From: the human T2T-CHM13v2.0 reference genome, Homo sapiens
Length of the DNA: 64,000 nt
Reading direction: 5' to 3' (one strand)
Assembly: GCF_009914755.1 (NCBI RefSeq)
Contig: NC_060932.1
Shown here: positions 40,508 through 54,900 of the stretch, piece by piece
Layout of the letters: every line of letters starts with the position of its first letter
Position numbering within the stretch: the stretch's first letter is position 1
The notes under the pieces: model-generated
The model's input: only the letters and a program-made list of their open reading frames with translations
What the model was told of the DNA's origin: nothing
The model's database searches: none
Program-made: the position numbers and the translations under genes

Positions 40508-40817
40508 TTTCTTTTTCTTTTCTTTTCTTTTTTTTTTTTTTGAGACGGAGTCTCGCTGTACCACCCAGGCTAGAGTACAGTGGTGTGATCTCTGCAAACT
40601 CCACCTCCCGGGTTCAAGCAATTCTCCTGCCTTAGCCTCCCAAGTAGCTGGGATTACAGGTGCCTGCCACCACGCCAGGCTAATTTTTATATTTTTAGTG
40701 GAGACGGGGTTTCACTATGTTGGCCAGGCCAGTCTCAAACTCCTGACCTCAAGTGATCCACCCACCTTGGCCTCCCAAAGTGCTGGGATTGCAGGTGTGA
40801 GTCACTGCGCTTGGCCA
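40508..40817 (-). mobile_element. Alu (AluS-like)
   Basis: Two arms, poly-T tail, degenerate TSD agaagg..gaga.cta.gttt. Confidence 0.92.
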
Positions 40818-41659
40818 AGAAGGTGGAGATCTAAGTTTTTTTTTTTTTTCTGTGGTGCATTCAATTATTGGCTCATAGCTGAGCCTCCCTAAGTCCTGCA
40901 GAAGCGCTGACTGTGCGCTGGCTTCACAGCCGCAGCATGTGTACAAAGTATTTGTTTCTTTACAGTGATTTGAAGGTGCAGGTCCAGCTCTTCTGGCATG
41001 CTGGTGGGTGTGGGGGGTCGTGGGGGTAGGGGGAGGGTGTTTGAACTTCCAGGGTGCTTCCCAGGCCTGCCCCTATGGCCCAGTCCCTAAGGGAAACACA
41101 CTCAGCTGCTCTCCTGCTTCCATCATGGGACTGGAAAGCAAGGTTAGGACTCAGTGGCCTTGCTGCTCCTTCACGACACGGTCAGCCTCTTCTCTTTTAC
41201 CCACCCCTCTCTGCCCAGCTGACTTACGCCAATGGTGTGGAGCCCAGCTCATGAGGAATACAGGGTGTGCTCCTGCATCCTGCTCTCCATCTCTGCGTGC
41301 AGACCCATGCCTATGCGCTCCTCCATCCTCCCTCCATGAGGTGCTAAGGGCCCCTGAATGGGTTTTCTCTGGCCTGGGTTTGGGGGAAACTGGCCTGTCT
41401 GCTGCTTCTGGGAACTCCCAGGGTCTTCAGCTCCCACATATGTAAACTCCTTTTAACCTAGGCCTCCCACTAGGGAGGGCTTTCTGGCTCCTGCAGCCAA
41501 ATACACTTGGCTCTCTTTCATTCTGGATTCTGGAAATGCTTATTTTATCCATTCTAGTGGCTTCCACTCACTCTCTGCCCCAGCGAGTGGTCATAGCTTT
41601 CTCTGCCACTCCCCATATAGAATCGCAGAACATTCAGCTAGAGGAGGTGTCAGAGAATA

Positions 41660-41790
41660 CCTGTCCCAAATTATTTTATCAATGAGGAAACTGAGACCCA
41701 GAGAGAGTGGCTGACTAACCTGGGCTCACACAGCAGTGAATGGTGAAGCTGGTACTGGAATCAGATCTTGACTCCTGGTCAGTGGTTCTT
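41660..41790. mobile_element. MIR fragment
   Basis: 'atgaggaaactgagacccagagag...tgactaacctgggctcacacagc'. Confidence 0.6.
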
Positions 41791-42193
41791 TTCAGGCTAG
41801 ACAGCCATGTTTTTCTTTTCTATTTCCTTCTGTTTCCCACTCTTTCTCAACCTTTCCTTTACTATTAAAACATTTCCTTTTTTTTTATTTAAAATGTTCT
41901 GTGTTAAGCAGGACGACCTGTGCTTGGAGGCTCTGAGGTGGCACGTGGCGCTGAGACCGCTGTCCCAGCATGGGTTTCCTTGGTCCTTTTAAAAGCCCTT
42001 TGTTGTCCTTCATCCCCTAAGATACCTTGGGACCCTGTCCTCCCTTCTCCCTGAACCACCATTTTCAACTCTCATTTCTCCTTCCAAATACCAGGGAGGC
42101 AGCAGACAGAACCCCTCAAAAAATGGGCTCCTTTCACTAACCATACTTTTCAGGTCTTTCAAATGGAGAGTCTCAGAAGGAAAATATGGGCAT

Positions 42194-42195
<2 letters not shown>

Positions 42196-42236
<41 letters not shown>

Positions 42237-42240
42237 TGTA
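42196..42240. repeat. (TG)n microsatellite
   Basis: Read directly. Confidence 0.95.
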
Positions 42241-43084
42241 TCTCATGTGTCTCCCAGAAGCTCCTGGGGGTAAGTGGAAAAATTAATTAGAACCAGGATG
42301 AAAGGTGTTCTGGGATAATTGCAGGTAATATCAGGACAGCCAGGAGGGTGAGGCAAGAGGCCTCTAGATGTCCTGGGGACTTGGATAGGCCCCCAGCCCC
42401 ACTCCTGCAAAGCAGATCAGACACCTGGGGAGGCTAGGGGGAGGGAGCATTCTGAGTGAAGGGTCTTTGTCTTTACAGGGAAATTCTTGTTAGTTGCTAA
42501 GGAACTGGGTTGTCTTTCCTGATCCAAGCCTCCCAATGTTTTGCTTAGCTTGGGAGGGGGATGCTGGGCTGAGGCTTGAGGCTCCCTTGGCAGTCGGTCC
42601 TTTCCCTGGGGCTGCCGAGCCTCTGATAGGTCTCTGGGGAAGGACTCTCTTCTGGGAGAGATGCTTCTTTCCCAATACCCTAAGCCTCACTGCTTGCTCC
42701 AGCCAAGCTGAGAACAGGTGAGGTGGAGGCAGGGAAAGAGAGGAACATGCACATTTACCGAACAGCCTGCACGCCAGGCATTGTGCTCAGATGCCTTCCC
42801 TGCTATCTCATTTAACCATTGCAACACATCTTTGGAGGAAGGCACTTATTTCCATTTATTTTTCATTATACTGGTTTTTTTTTTTTTTTTTTTTTTTTTG
42901 CAGTTGAAACACAGGTCTGGAGCAGTTGCCAAGGTCACGGAGGTATCAATGGTAAAAATTCTATGTGAATTCAGATCTGCTCAGTAAGAAAACTTGTGTT
43001 TTTAAATGGCATCACTGAATGCATGTACTAGGCTTTCTTCCTATCCCTTGGCTGCTGAGTGCTGACACCTGGACCCATTGCTGT

Positions 43085-44165
43085 CACCATTATCATCACC
43101 ATCACCATCACCATGATCATCATCACCATCATCATCACCTCATCATCACCATTACCATCACCATGATCATCATCACCATCACCTCATCATCACCATTACC
43201 ATCACCATGATCATCATCACCATCACCATCATCATCACCATCACCATCACCTCATCATCACCATTACCATCACCATGATCATCACCATCACCATCATCAT
43301 CACCATCACCATCACCATCACCTCATCATCACCATTACCATCACAATGATCATGATCACCATCACTTCATCATCACCATTACCATCACAATGATCATGAT
43401 CACCATCACTTCATCATCACCATTACCATCACCATGATCATCACCATCACCATCACCTCATCATCACCATTACCATCACAATGATCATGATCACCATCAC
43501 TTCATCATCACCATTACCATCACCCATCACTATGATGATGATCATCATCGTCACCATCACCATCATCACCATTACCATCACCATCACCATGATCATCATC
43601 ACCATGATCATCATCACCATCACCATTATCATCACCATCACCATCACCATGATCATCATGATCACCATCACTTCATCATCACCATTACCATCACCCATCA
43701 CTATGATCGTCATTGTCACCATCACCATCACTGTGATCATCACTGCCATCACCATAACCTTGTAATCACCATCACAATCACCATGATCATCATCATCACC
43801 ATCACTGTGATCATCACTGCCATCACCATAACCTTATAATCACCATCACAATCACCATGATCATCATCATCACCACCACCATCACCATGATCATCATTAC
43901 CATCACCATCACCATCACCATCACCTTATCATCACCATCACATCACCATGATCATCATCGCCATCACCATCATCATCACCATCACCATCATCATCACCAT
44001 CACCATCACTTCATTATCACCATCACCATCATCATCACCATCACCATCACTTCATTATCACCATCACCATGATTATCATCATCACCATCGTCTCATTATC
44101 ACCATCACCATCATCCGCATCATCACCCATTACCATCATCATCACCATCATCAATATCATCACCC
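43085..44165. repeat. ~1.1 kb (CAT/CAC)n trinucleotide-based minisatellite
   Basis: Continuous catcac/catcat with recurring higher-order blocks. Confidence 0.95.
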
Positions 44166-44574
44166 TGGAGCCTTCCTAGGTGGCTTTCCCTTCTTTTCTA
44201 CCTTTCTTCCTTACCTAAAAGCAGTTATTATACAGGAATGATGGGGAGGGAGAGGGGTCATTCAATGGACTAAGGATGGCAAACTGTTGGGATAGTGGCT
44301 GTGGGCAGGTGGGGAGGGACGGTAATGGCCTTGGGCTGGACCAGGCTATTGACTTGAGTATCCAGGAACTCTGGCCATCCCCACAAATCACACATGGCCC
44401 AGGATGGCTCAACCTGGAGTAAGGAAAGTCACTTGGAGAAGAGTCCCCTTAATTTATTCTGGAAATTCCGGCCGTCTCTCTTTGTCCCACTCTAGATCCT
44501 GATCTGGCTTTTATTTTATATAGCCAAAAGAGTAAAATTAGAGTCCAGTTTTCCTCTAAATACTACACCTGAGG

Positions 44575-44840
44575 AGGCTTGAGTTAACACCAGATTCCAC
44601 CATGACTAGTTATGGAATAGGGAGTAGGTTCCTTAACTTACAGGAATGTCAGTTTCCTCATCTCTAAAATAAGAATAACATCCACTTTATTAGGGTGTTG
44701 TGACAATCAAATGAGAGAACATGTATGAAGGCCCCCAGAAGGCCATGAAGTAGCGTGGGGATGCATTCAGTGAGATACCACACATTAGGCATTTTGTGTA
44801 GAACCTGATATGCAGAAAGTGCTCGATAAATGCATCTGAT
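44575..44840. mobile_element. MIR fragment
   Basis: 'cagtttcctcatctctaaaataagaataa...gtgttgtgacaatcaaatgaga'. Confidence 0.55.
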
Positions 44841-46221
44841 TACAATGATGATAATAATAATGTCAGTTCTCTTTACCTGGTAAAGGGGTCGCTAATGCTC
44901 CCTTATATTTTTCTTAGCTGCTTCATTGGAGATCTCAAAGCAATTTAGCTGTTCATCTTGTTTCTTCCTGGAGGAGGTGGTGCAAAGAAAAGGGATGAGA
45001 GGCCCAAAGGGTTCTGCAGGCGGAAAGCGCCGTCAAGGCTGGGTTTTCCCCAAGGTCCCCATGGCCTCCAGGTTTCCCCTCTCCACAACTGGGACCTCCT
45101 TCCCTGTGGTTTCCAGGGATCGCCTGGCCAGGGCTGGCTTCAGCCTAGAGCCTGGGCCAGCTTTGTTCTTTTTTCACGTTTTGGGACCAGGAGGGTGGGG
45201 GTCTCTCCAGCAGCTAAACTCAAAGCCCAAAATGTCAAGTCAAAAGGAAGGAGGGGGTTGGGGGAAGGAAAGAAAGCAAGCCGATAATTTCCTCGAAGGA
45301 TAAACATCCGATTTTTTTTTTCTTTACCCAAAATAAACATGCTAGCCACAATGAATTAAAAGCAGAAGAGGGGAGGATGTGTCTCAATTTGGGGCTGCTC
45401 TAGGAAGCTGACCTTCTATTTATCCTGGCCCTGGGCACCAACCGGAGCTGCCAATTACATTCTGAGTCTGGTGGGGTGGGGGCTGTGGGGAGAAGGTCCC
45501 AGGGAATAGGGGACCCAGAAAGTCCCTTGCGAGGCTGCCTTCCATGGCACTGCAAATGGACACTTCGTTTTGCTTCTTATTTTAGGTCGGCTTGCAGGCT
45601 TGCAGGCTTGCCTGGTGGGGTAGAAAGAAGTGGGGAGGCTCCACAATTTCTCCTGCCTGGGCTTTCTTTTACCTTGGGCTGGCATAAAATGCCCTTCTGG
45701 AGCATCAGAATTTGGTGCCCATTACCTGGGCAGGGAGCTGAATCTATCAATGAAGTGGGCATCATTCAGTTCTCTCCCATTCACAAACTCAACCTCCAGC
45801 CCCGCTGTTTCTTCAGATCCCCACCACTAAAATTGTTCCACTAGTTAAAAGCGTGCTTAGCTGGGCCGAGGGGTCATCTAGGGCCCTCTGCCTTCCAGCT
45901 AACGAGGGGCAGGACTCTGAGATGATAAGAACCCTGTTCCCAGGTATAGCTTGTTCTTTTCATCTGGGGATCTCAAAGCACTTTGCACACATGAGTCACC
46001 AACATCGCTACATGCTAGCCAAGGAGACGGGGTTATTAACTCATGAAGGGAAACCAAACTGAAGGGGGTGTTAGGGGTGCTGAAAGGACTGGAATGGTGG
46101 TGGGGAGGCATGGGGCCTCTGTAACTTTAGGCTGGGAATGAGACTGTAGCAGGGAGGTGTCTCCCAGGGGTCCTTGGGTGGGGAAGTCAAGAGGCCTGCA
46201 GAGAAAGCCCAGGGAAGTTAG

Positions 46222-47510
<1,289 letters not shown>

Positions 47511-47835
47511 TGTCGAATGTCAGAGCTGGAAAGGCCCGTGGTGATAAACCAACCACCCTCTCCCACTTCTTCCTACCTCCGTGTCACAACCAAGGGAGCA
47601 GAACTTTGGGGAGGGTAAGAGGTTTCCGTGAGGTCTCACAGCGACTCAGTGACAGTTCAGGCATAGGGATCACTATATCCTGCCTGTCCGTCTATTCCCC
47701 CCACTCCCCACCCAACCCCTTGCATTTACAGGAAAGCCTCAGTCCCCAGTGCTGGATATTGGCCAATTTCCTCCTGTTGCTTTTCAAAGGAATACAAGCT
47801 AGGATACAAAGCACCAAGCCCTGGATGATTTTTTT

Positions 47836-47841
47836 TTTATT
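47836..47841 (-). terminator. PEBP4: PEBP4 poly(A) signal AATAAA
   Basis: AATAAA about 97 nt after the PEBP4 stop on the minus strand. Confidence 0.8.
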
Positions 47842-47937
47842 TGGAAAAGAAGGGGTTCTGTATCCAGAGGGGGTTCCATACCCACATCGTCGGTGGTGGG
47901 CAGTGTGGCCACATGCCCGGATGGCAAAGCCGGCTAT

Positions 47938-48531
<594 letters not shown>

Positions 48532-48941
48532 TCACACCTGCTCACCCCTGCTGCTGGGGCTGAGATTGGTGGAAGTATCTGTGCTCTTCTTTCAATCTTC
48601 TCCCCTAAACCCCAAACACCTCCTCGTCTCTGTCCCAGGACAGGGGGTGCACCAGTGTGCCTTCCCCATGGCAGAGGTGGAGGGGCAGCCCCTGGACCCT
48701 GGCGGGGGAGCTGGGCCTGCAGAAACCCAGACGGTGCCCAGGTCGGAGGGGTTCCTCCTCAGGGGGAGAAAACACAAGTGTGTACAGGGAGGCGCATCTT
48801 CTGGGGCAAGTGTGAACAGGCCTTGTGGCAGGGCAAGAAGGGCACAGCCTGGGGCATGGAGTGAGGCTGAGGGAAGTGGTCAGAGGCATATTCCCACGTT
48901 CTTGTTTCCCAAACCCTGGATGTCAGGCACCCTGGGCAGAT

Positions 48942-49139
48942 GCTTGCCAGGAAAAGGCAGGAAGTAGTTTAATTTGAATCTCAGATAAATAGCAAATCGC
49001 TTGTTGGTGTGAGCGTGTCCCACATTCTGCATGGAGCATCCTTACATGAATTTTTTTTTCCGTTGTTTATCTGGAATTCAAATTTTACTGGGCATCCTAC
49101 TTTTTGTTGTTGTTGTTGTTTTGCTAAATGCAGCAACCT
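48942..49139. mobile_element. MER53-like palindromic DNA transposon (MITE)
   Basis: ttgccag...aatttgaatctcagataaa...gtcccac...gttgtttatctggaattcaaattttactgggcatcct...tttgctaaatgcagcaacc matches recalled MER53 consensus; the arms are reverse-complementary. Confidence 0.75.
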
Positions 49140-51643
49140 CCCAGGGTGGAGAGAGAGTGCCTGGGGAAGATCCTGTCCGGAGCAGAGCTAGGCAGTGGTC
49201 GATACACAGTGGATTAATGGAGACCAGTCACCTCTGATACCCAGACAGAAGAGGGCAAGGGGTTGGAAGCTCTCAGAACCCCACTTGAGACTCACGGGCC
49301 ACCCACCCTCCCACCTGCCTGTCTCCTCGGTCAGCACCCACCACCCTTTTCATAGCAATTAAGATAGCAAGCCCATTGAAGCGTTGCTGCCTCCCAGAGG
49401 CTGCTGACATTTCAAAGATGTTCTCAAGGAGAGGATAATTTTTAATCTGAAACCCAAAATAACAATAACAATAATGCAAACAATAATAGCAGTAACACCC
49501 CACCTATGTGTTGGTACTACTGTAAGAGCTTGACACATAATTCGCTTAATCCTCACACCAATCCCAAAAAGGGAGGACTGTTCCCATTCCCAGTTCACAG
49601 AAGGGATGACTGAGGCACAAGCTGGGGTACTGGCAAGGAAGCTTCGTAGTGGCAGGGATGGGGAAAGGCCTTTGCAGATTCCCTCAAATCCTATTCGACT
49701 CAGTGACTGCATGCTCAGATGGGGCCCAGGGGGGCTGGAAAACAAGGGGTTCCAGGAGTTCTTTTGCAGAAAGGGTGGCCAAGGTGCTGAGAAAGCCTCT
49801 CCCGCTGGAGGTGTACTGACTGCAGCCGGGTTCTCCTAGGAGGCTCAGTGTCACCTGAGTGTCCTTTCAGAGGGGCTGTGCCTGAGCCTCTGCACCCTAG
49901 GAGCCCAGCTGGCTGGAAGGAAAGGAATTATGGTATTATGACCCTGGGAACGAGTGTGTGCACACACATGTGTATGTGTGGGTGCACGTGTGTGTGCGCA
50001 CGCGCACATGCCAGGGTAATACGGGCTTATGGGTGAATTGGTGTGTGGCAGGAACAGGGACGAGGGGGCCTTCCCCACCGTAGGGCAGGAAGGAACCTGC
50101 ACGGCAGGAAGGGAATTGAAACCCATCACGAGGCTGGGGCAAGCTGCGGGGAAGAAATCCCCTGAGTCCAGAGCGAGAGCTGGCTCCCCTCAATAGTTCG
50201 GAAGCCTCTGAGCCTTCAGTGCCCTGGGGCACTCGTGGTTCCTTTCCAGTCCCAAGTCGACAGCCCTGTGGTTCTCGGGCTCCCTGGCCAGCTCCTGAAA
50301 CCCAGTCCCCGTGCCGGCTAGCCTCTTGCTGCCTCCTTTCCTGGCTTGGCCGCAACTCCTTACACCCCCTGTTTCCTGCCACAGAGGGCAAGTTCTAGAA
50401 GGCAGAGGGGGTGAGTCAGGCCCTTGGGGTGTGTGGGGAGAGCTGGAGAGCTAGGAGGCTGCGGCTTCTGTGGTCACCGCTCAGAGGAAAGCCCCTTCCT
50501 GTATGGCACTGCTGTCCCCGAGAGGCAGAGAGTCCGCGGCCAGGCAGGAAAAGGGCAGCGCTGCTGTCTGTGCTTGGGCCACTCCACTGTATCCTGGATG
50601 CACCTAGGCCAGGCTCTTCCTGGGACGAGGGTAGGGGCAGTGTGGGCACTTCAGAGGCCTTGGTGGTGGGAGGCCTTGGCTGAAGGGAGAAAGGAGGAGG
50701 AAGCTGTCTGATGCCTGTCTCATGAGCCACCTGCCCTGTGGCTGGGACACAGAGGCCTGGGCATCTCAGGACAGGGCTGCCACATATGATGTACAGGTTG
50801 ATCCCTGCACAACCGTAGGGGGTGCTGTTCTCATCCTGCATAGCCAGATGCAGCAGTCCTGGCACTCTCACTTACTGGTCAGTGCTGATAGGAAAGATGT
50901 TAGTGATGAGAGATGTTAGATTTCAGCGATGTTCCAGATGGGGGCCAAGGGGAGAGCCTGATAACCTTATCTAAAGCCACTGGGGGATTTCTGGGCCACC
51001 ACTCTGTGCCTGGCCTCCTATTAGGCTCTAGGGGGGAAAGATGTCCCCTGTCTTCAGCAGCTGGGGAAGGGGCTCCTCCTCGGAGCTTTAGTCCCAGGGA
51101 CTGTGATGATGGCAGGAATGTTTGGAAAAGGCCCTGGGGCAGGTCTTGACAGTCACTCTCTCCACCCCAAGCTTCCCAAATCTGTGGGGTTGGCTTTCCA
51201 CTGTTTGGGAGTGGTTTGTCACGTGCTGGACAAACTCTGGATGGCTCCATTGGGCCAGTTAGGGCTAAGCAGGCATCTGAGAGACTGAGAGGTGCTCTGC
51301 CACATCCAGCTTACCCTGGCCCCCTTGCAGGACTTGGTAGAATGGGGGATCGGCTCCCCTGCCAGAAGTGCAAGCTCTTAGATGAGGTCAGACCCCAGGG
51401 CCCCTTTAACACTGGCAGCCATCACCCTGGTCCTCTGCCAGGCATGGGGTCAGCGGAGCTGCCTTATTTTACCCCCTGCCCTTGGCGAGTTTCTAATATA
51501 ATACAAGTAATACTAACCTAATCACAGTCTGGTCCTTCAAAGGGTGGCCTTGGCCAGCAGTAGAACTTTGTAGTCTGGGTCCCTAGCAGACAAGGTCCCC
51601 ACCCCTAGTGACACCCCTGGATTCCCTTCGGCAGGACCATTCT

Positions 51644-51905
51644 CCAGGCTGGGGTGCAGTGGCACTATCACCTCTCATTACAGCCTTGACCTCCCAGGCT
51701 CAGGTGATCCTCTTGCCTCAGCCTCCTGAGTAGCTGGAACCACAGTTGTGTGCTACCACACCTGGGTAATTAAAAAAAAATTATCTGTAGAGACAGGGTC
51801 TCCCTATGTTGTCCAGGCTGATCTCAAACTCCTGGCCCAAGTGATCCTCCTGCCTGGGCCTCCCAAAGTGCTGGGATTACGGGTGTGAGTCACTGCACCT
51901 AGACA
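51644..51905 (-). mobile_element. Alu (AluJ-like), tail end missing
   Basis: ccaggctggggtgcagtggcac...cccaaagtgctgggattacgggtgtgagtcactgcacct. Confidence 0.88.
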
Positions 51906-54900
51906 GGCCCACTCTTAAGACTTCCCAACAGCCGAGGACAGCAGTTCCTGGGTGACCCTGCTGTAGCCAAGGGACGTTTCCCACCTGACTGGTCCTTGGT
52001 CCTCAGTATTTCCGTCCTGATGTATTTCCATCCTGATGTACTTCCCTCTTAGCCTGGGAAGTGGGGTAGGAAGCTGAGGGAGGGAGGCTCCCCCCACCCC
52101 AGCTCCATTCTCCCATGGGCCCCCGTTCAGGTGGGCTGGAGAACAAGGAGTGGGTTGCTGAGACCTTGAGGTTGGAGCTGCGGCAGCCTCTTGTCCCAGG
52201 GCGGTCTCTGTAAGGACAGGGGCCACTGGTTCTGGCTCCGGCTCCGAACAGCCCTGTTCCTTCAGGTGGTGATCTGTATCTACCCAAGGTGATCACCCTC
52301 TTCCCTGGCCTCGCTGCCTCTCCTCTTAGGTAAGGGCACCACTGCTTCTTGTTGGGGGATGGTGGCCCTGAAGAGAAAAAACAAAAACTCAACTCCAGCC
52401 TAATAACCGCCCCACAGAGAGCCCGGCTCAGGTCTGTAATTTGTCTGGCTCGTCACGGGACCGGCCACATTGATAGAAGCACTGATACCTTTCTGCCGAG
52501 ATTAATGATGTCCCGGCGGTGGTAGGCGGGAGGCCTGAGACTTTTATTTTTTGTGCCATTAAATGACATCCAGAGACTTCCACTCAGGACCTGAAAAGCC
52601 CTCGTTCCATCACATCCAATTACTCCGGGAGGAGATTTGCTGAGTGGCTGATACTGCGGGCTCCAGAGGCTTTCGGGTAGTGGGGGGCACTTTGACTTTG
52701 GCAGGAGTGAGAGGGAGGGGATGCCAGCAGAGTTTCGGGGTGGTGAGGGGTGACCTGCGTCTCCTCTGGAGAGAGGACCCAGGAGGGCTGAAGAGTGGAA
52801 GCTGGTTCTAATTATCCAGCCAGTGCATCCCCTAGGCCTCCTCCTCCCTTCTGCAGCTGGGGTTGGGGCAGGAAAGGGATCAGGAGGATGGGAGACTTCA
52901 AGCTGCCAGTTTAGCTTCCAGTGATAAATTCCAATATTTGGTAGTGGCAACAATTGGCTGGAGTTTGGGGTAGAATCTGGGGGCTTATCTGTGTGGTTTC
53001 TTCACGATGTGTTCAACATTGCTTGGGATGGCTGATGTTCGGCTGGACTGGGACTTGCTTCTTGAGGAGGTCCGCCTGGGGCTCATGGAGATTTCAGGCA
53101 GTTCCCAGCCTGGGTGCCTGTCTGAGTGTTGCCCGGGATGGCCCCAGCTGGGTGGCTGCCAGGCCCCCAGTTCTACCCGCTCGGCCAGGTGGGTGGGGCC
53201 CTTTGGAGGAAGAGCGCCTCCTGCCACAAGCCCACACAGTGATCAGGGGCTGGGCCCTGGGGGATGCTGGGGCTGGGCCAGGTGAACCACCATGGGAGGT
53301 CACGAGGGTGGGCTGAGTGTGTTTGTGTCTGTCTGTGTGTGCGCTGGTGGGGGGCAGTCTGAGGGCGGGGGCTGGTCTCCAGGCAGGGCCCCCTTTCCTC
53401 TCAGGCCTCTTCCCTCCATGCTTCCTGACACCATGTGCTGCTGTGTTCTGCTACTAGGCTGGTGGATTTCCTCCCAGCCTCATCCCTCTGCAGCAACATC
53501 TCCTACTCTTGAAGCTGCGTGGGGCTCTGCTGCCCTTGGCCCCATGATTCCCCTTCTTTCTCACCCACCGAGGCCTGCATGCCTTCAGATGCCACAAGCA
53601 AGACTTCAACCCCCTATGTGGCAAGTCCCTGCCCGTCTCTCCTCTCTGACCCCTGTGGGTGGGTGGTTCCACCTCTGAGCTGCCGAATTTGGGTGCCTGT
53701 GGTGCTAGGGAGCGGCTTATGGCTGCCTGGCCCAGGACTCCCATTTTGCAGTGAGCAAGTTTCCCCTCTGAGGGCCCTGAGGCTGCCCTGGAGGTGGTGA
53801 CCCAAGCCTCTCTTGCCCGTTAGTTTCCAGCACGTTGACACCATCCTGGGCGCTCGGCCTTGGAGTGGCTTCTGGAGCAAGCTGTGGCATGTCCTCTCGT
53901 GGGGCAGAGAGGGGATTTCCCCTGCTCGCTTGCAAGAGGAGTGTGAGGCTGGCTTGTGACACCTCTGGGTGAGGTGACCGAGGTGTGGTGTGGCACAGAC
54001 CGCAGCTCCCCAGGATTCTGAGGCTCAGCCACAGCCAGGGAGGGGGTGTGTGCGTGGACCATTCTGGGCAGCTGCTGCTGGCCAAGGAGGCCTGGGACAG
54101 CAGGATGCAACTGTGCTCTGTCTGTATCCCCACTGGGGCCCAGAAGTCTGGGTCAGGAGAGCGGGGATGTAGGCAAGGCGGTGGCAGGTGCAAACAGCCC
54201 TTCCCTGGAAGTCAGAAGAAAGTCAAATGGCTGTTAACTGTGGACGCCCTTGGTAAGTCATGCCACTCACTGTTTCAGGCTTTGCTTTCCTCGTTTGCCC
54301 TGGGGTAGGGGTGATGGCCACTGTCCTGCCCCCTTGACATGGGTGGCAAGGGGAAGGCCAGGGAGGGGCAGGGTGGCTGGTGGAGAGGCTGGTGGAGAGG
54401 CAGCCCTGCCTGCCTGGGATTGGGACAGGGAGGACGTCGATCAATGCAGAGACTGTCACTTGTGGGCATGGTACTCACAGAGGTGGCTGCCTTCTCAGGT
54501 GCTGAGGCAAGCTGACGTGTGTTTGCAAATGTGGGGGTGTGAGAACGTGCAGATCCATGTGTGTGAATGGCTTGTGGATGTGCATATGTGGGTGTGTCTC
54601 ACACACAGACACACTCATTAACTGAAAGCCAACAGTGGGCTGGGCACAGGGACAGGTGGGAGAAGGGAAAGAAGGCAGAGGTGAGCGCTTCTCTCAAGGA
54701 ACTGATAGTCTCATGGTGGAAGGGGGGCCGCCACGAGTGGCAAGTGATTTAGAAATACAAAAGAGATCAAAGCAGATGTCTGGGGAGGCACAACAAATGC
54801 TGTGTGAGTGGAGAAGACGATAGAGACTAGAGATGCCAACAGCAGGTTGGGGGAAGCCTGGCTCAGCGGATCAGCCTTGTGGGGTTGTTCTAGAGGATGT

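Noticed and set aside
43019-44241. Histidine-rich protein gene or CRISPR-like array
   Set aside because: Frameshifted simple repeat with no unique spacers, splice structure or cas genes; eukaryotic context.
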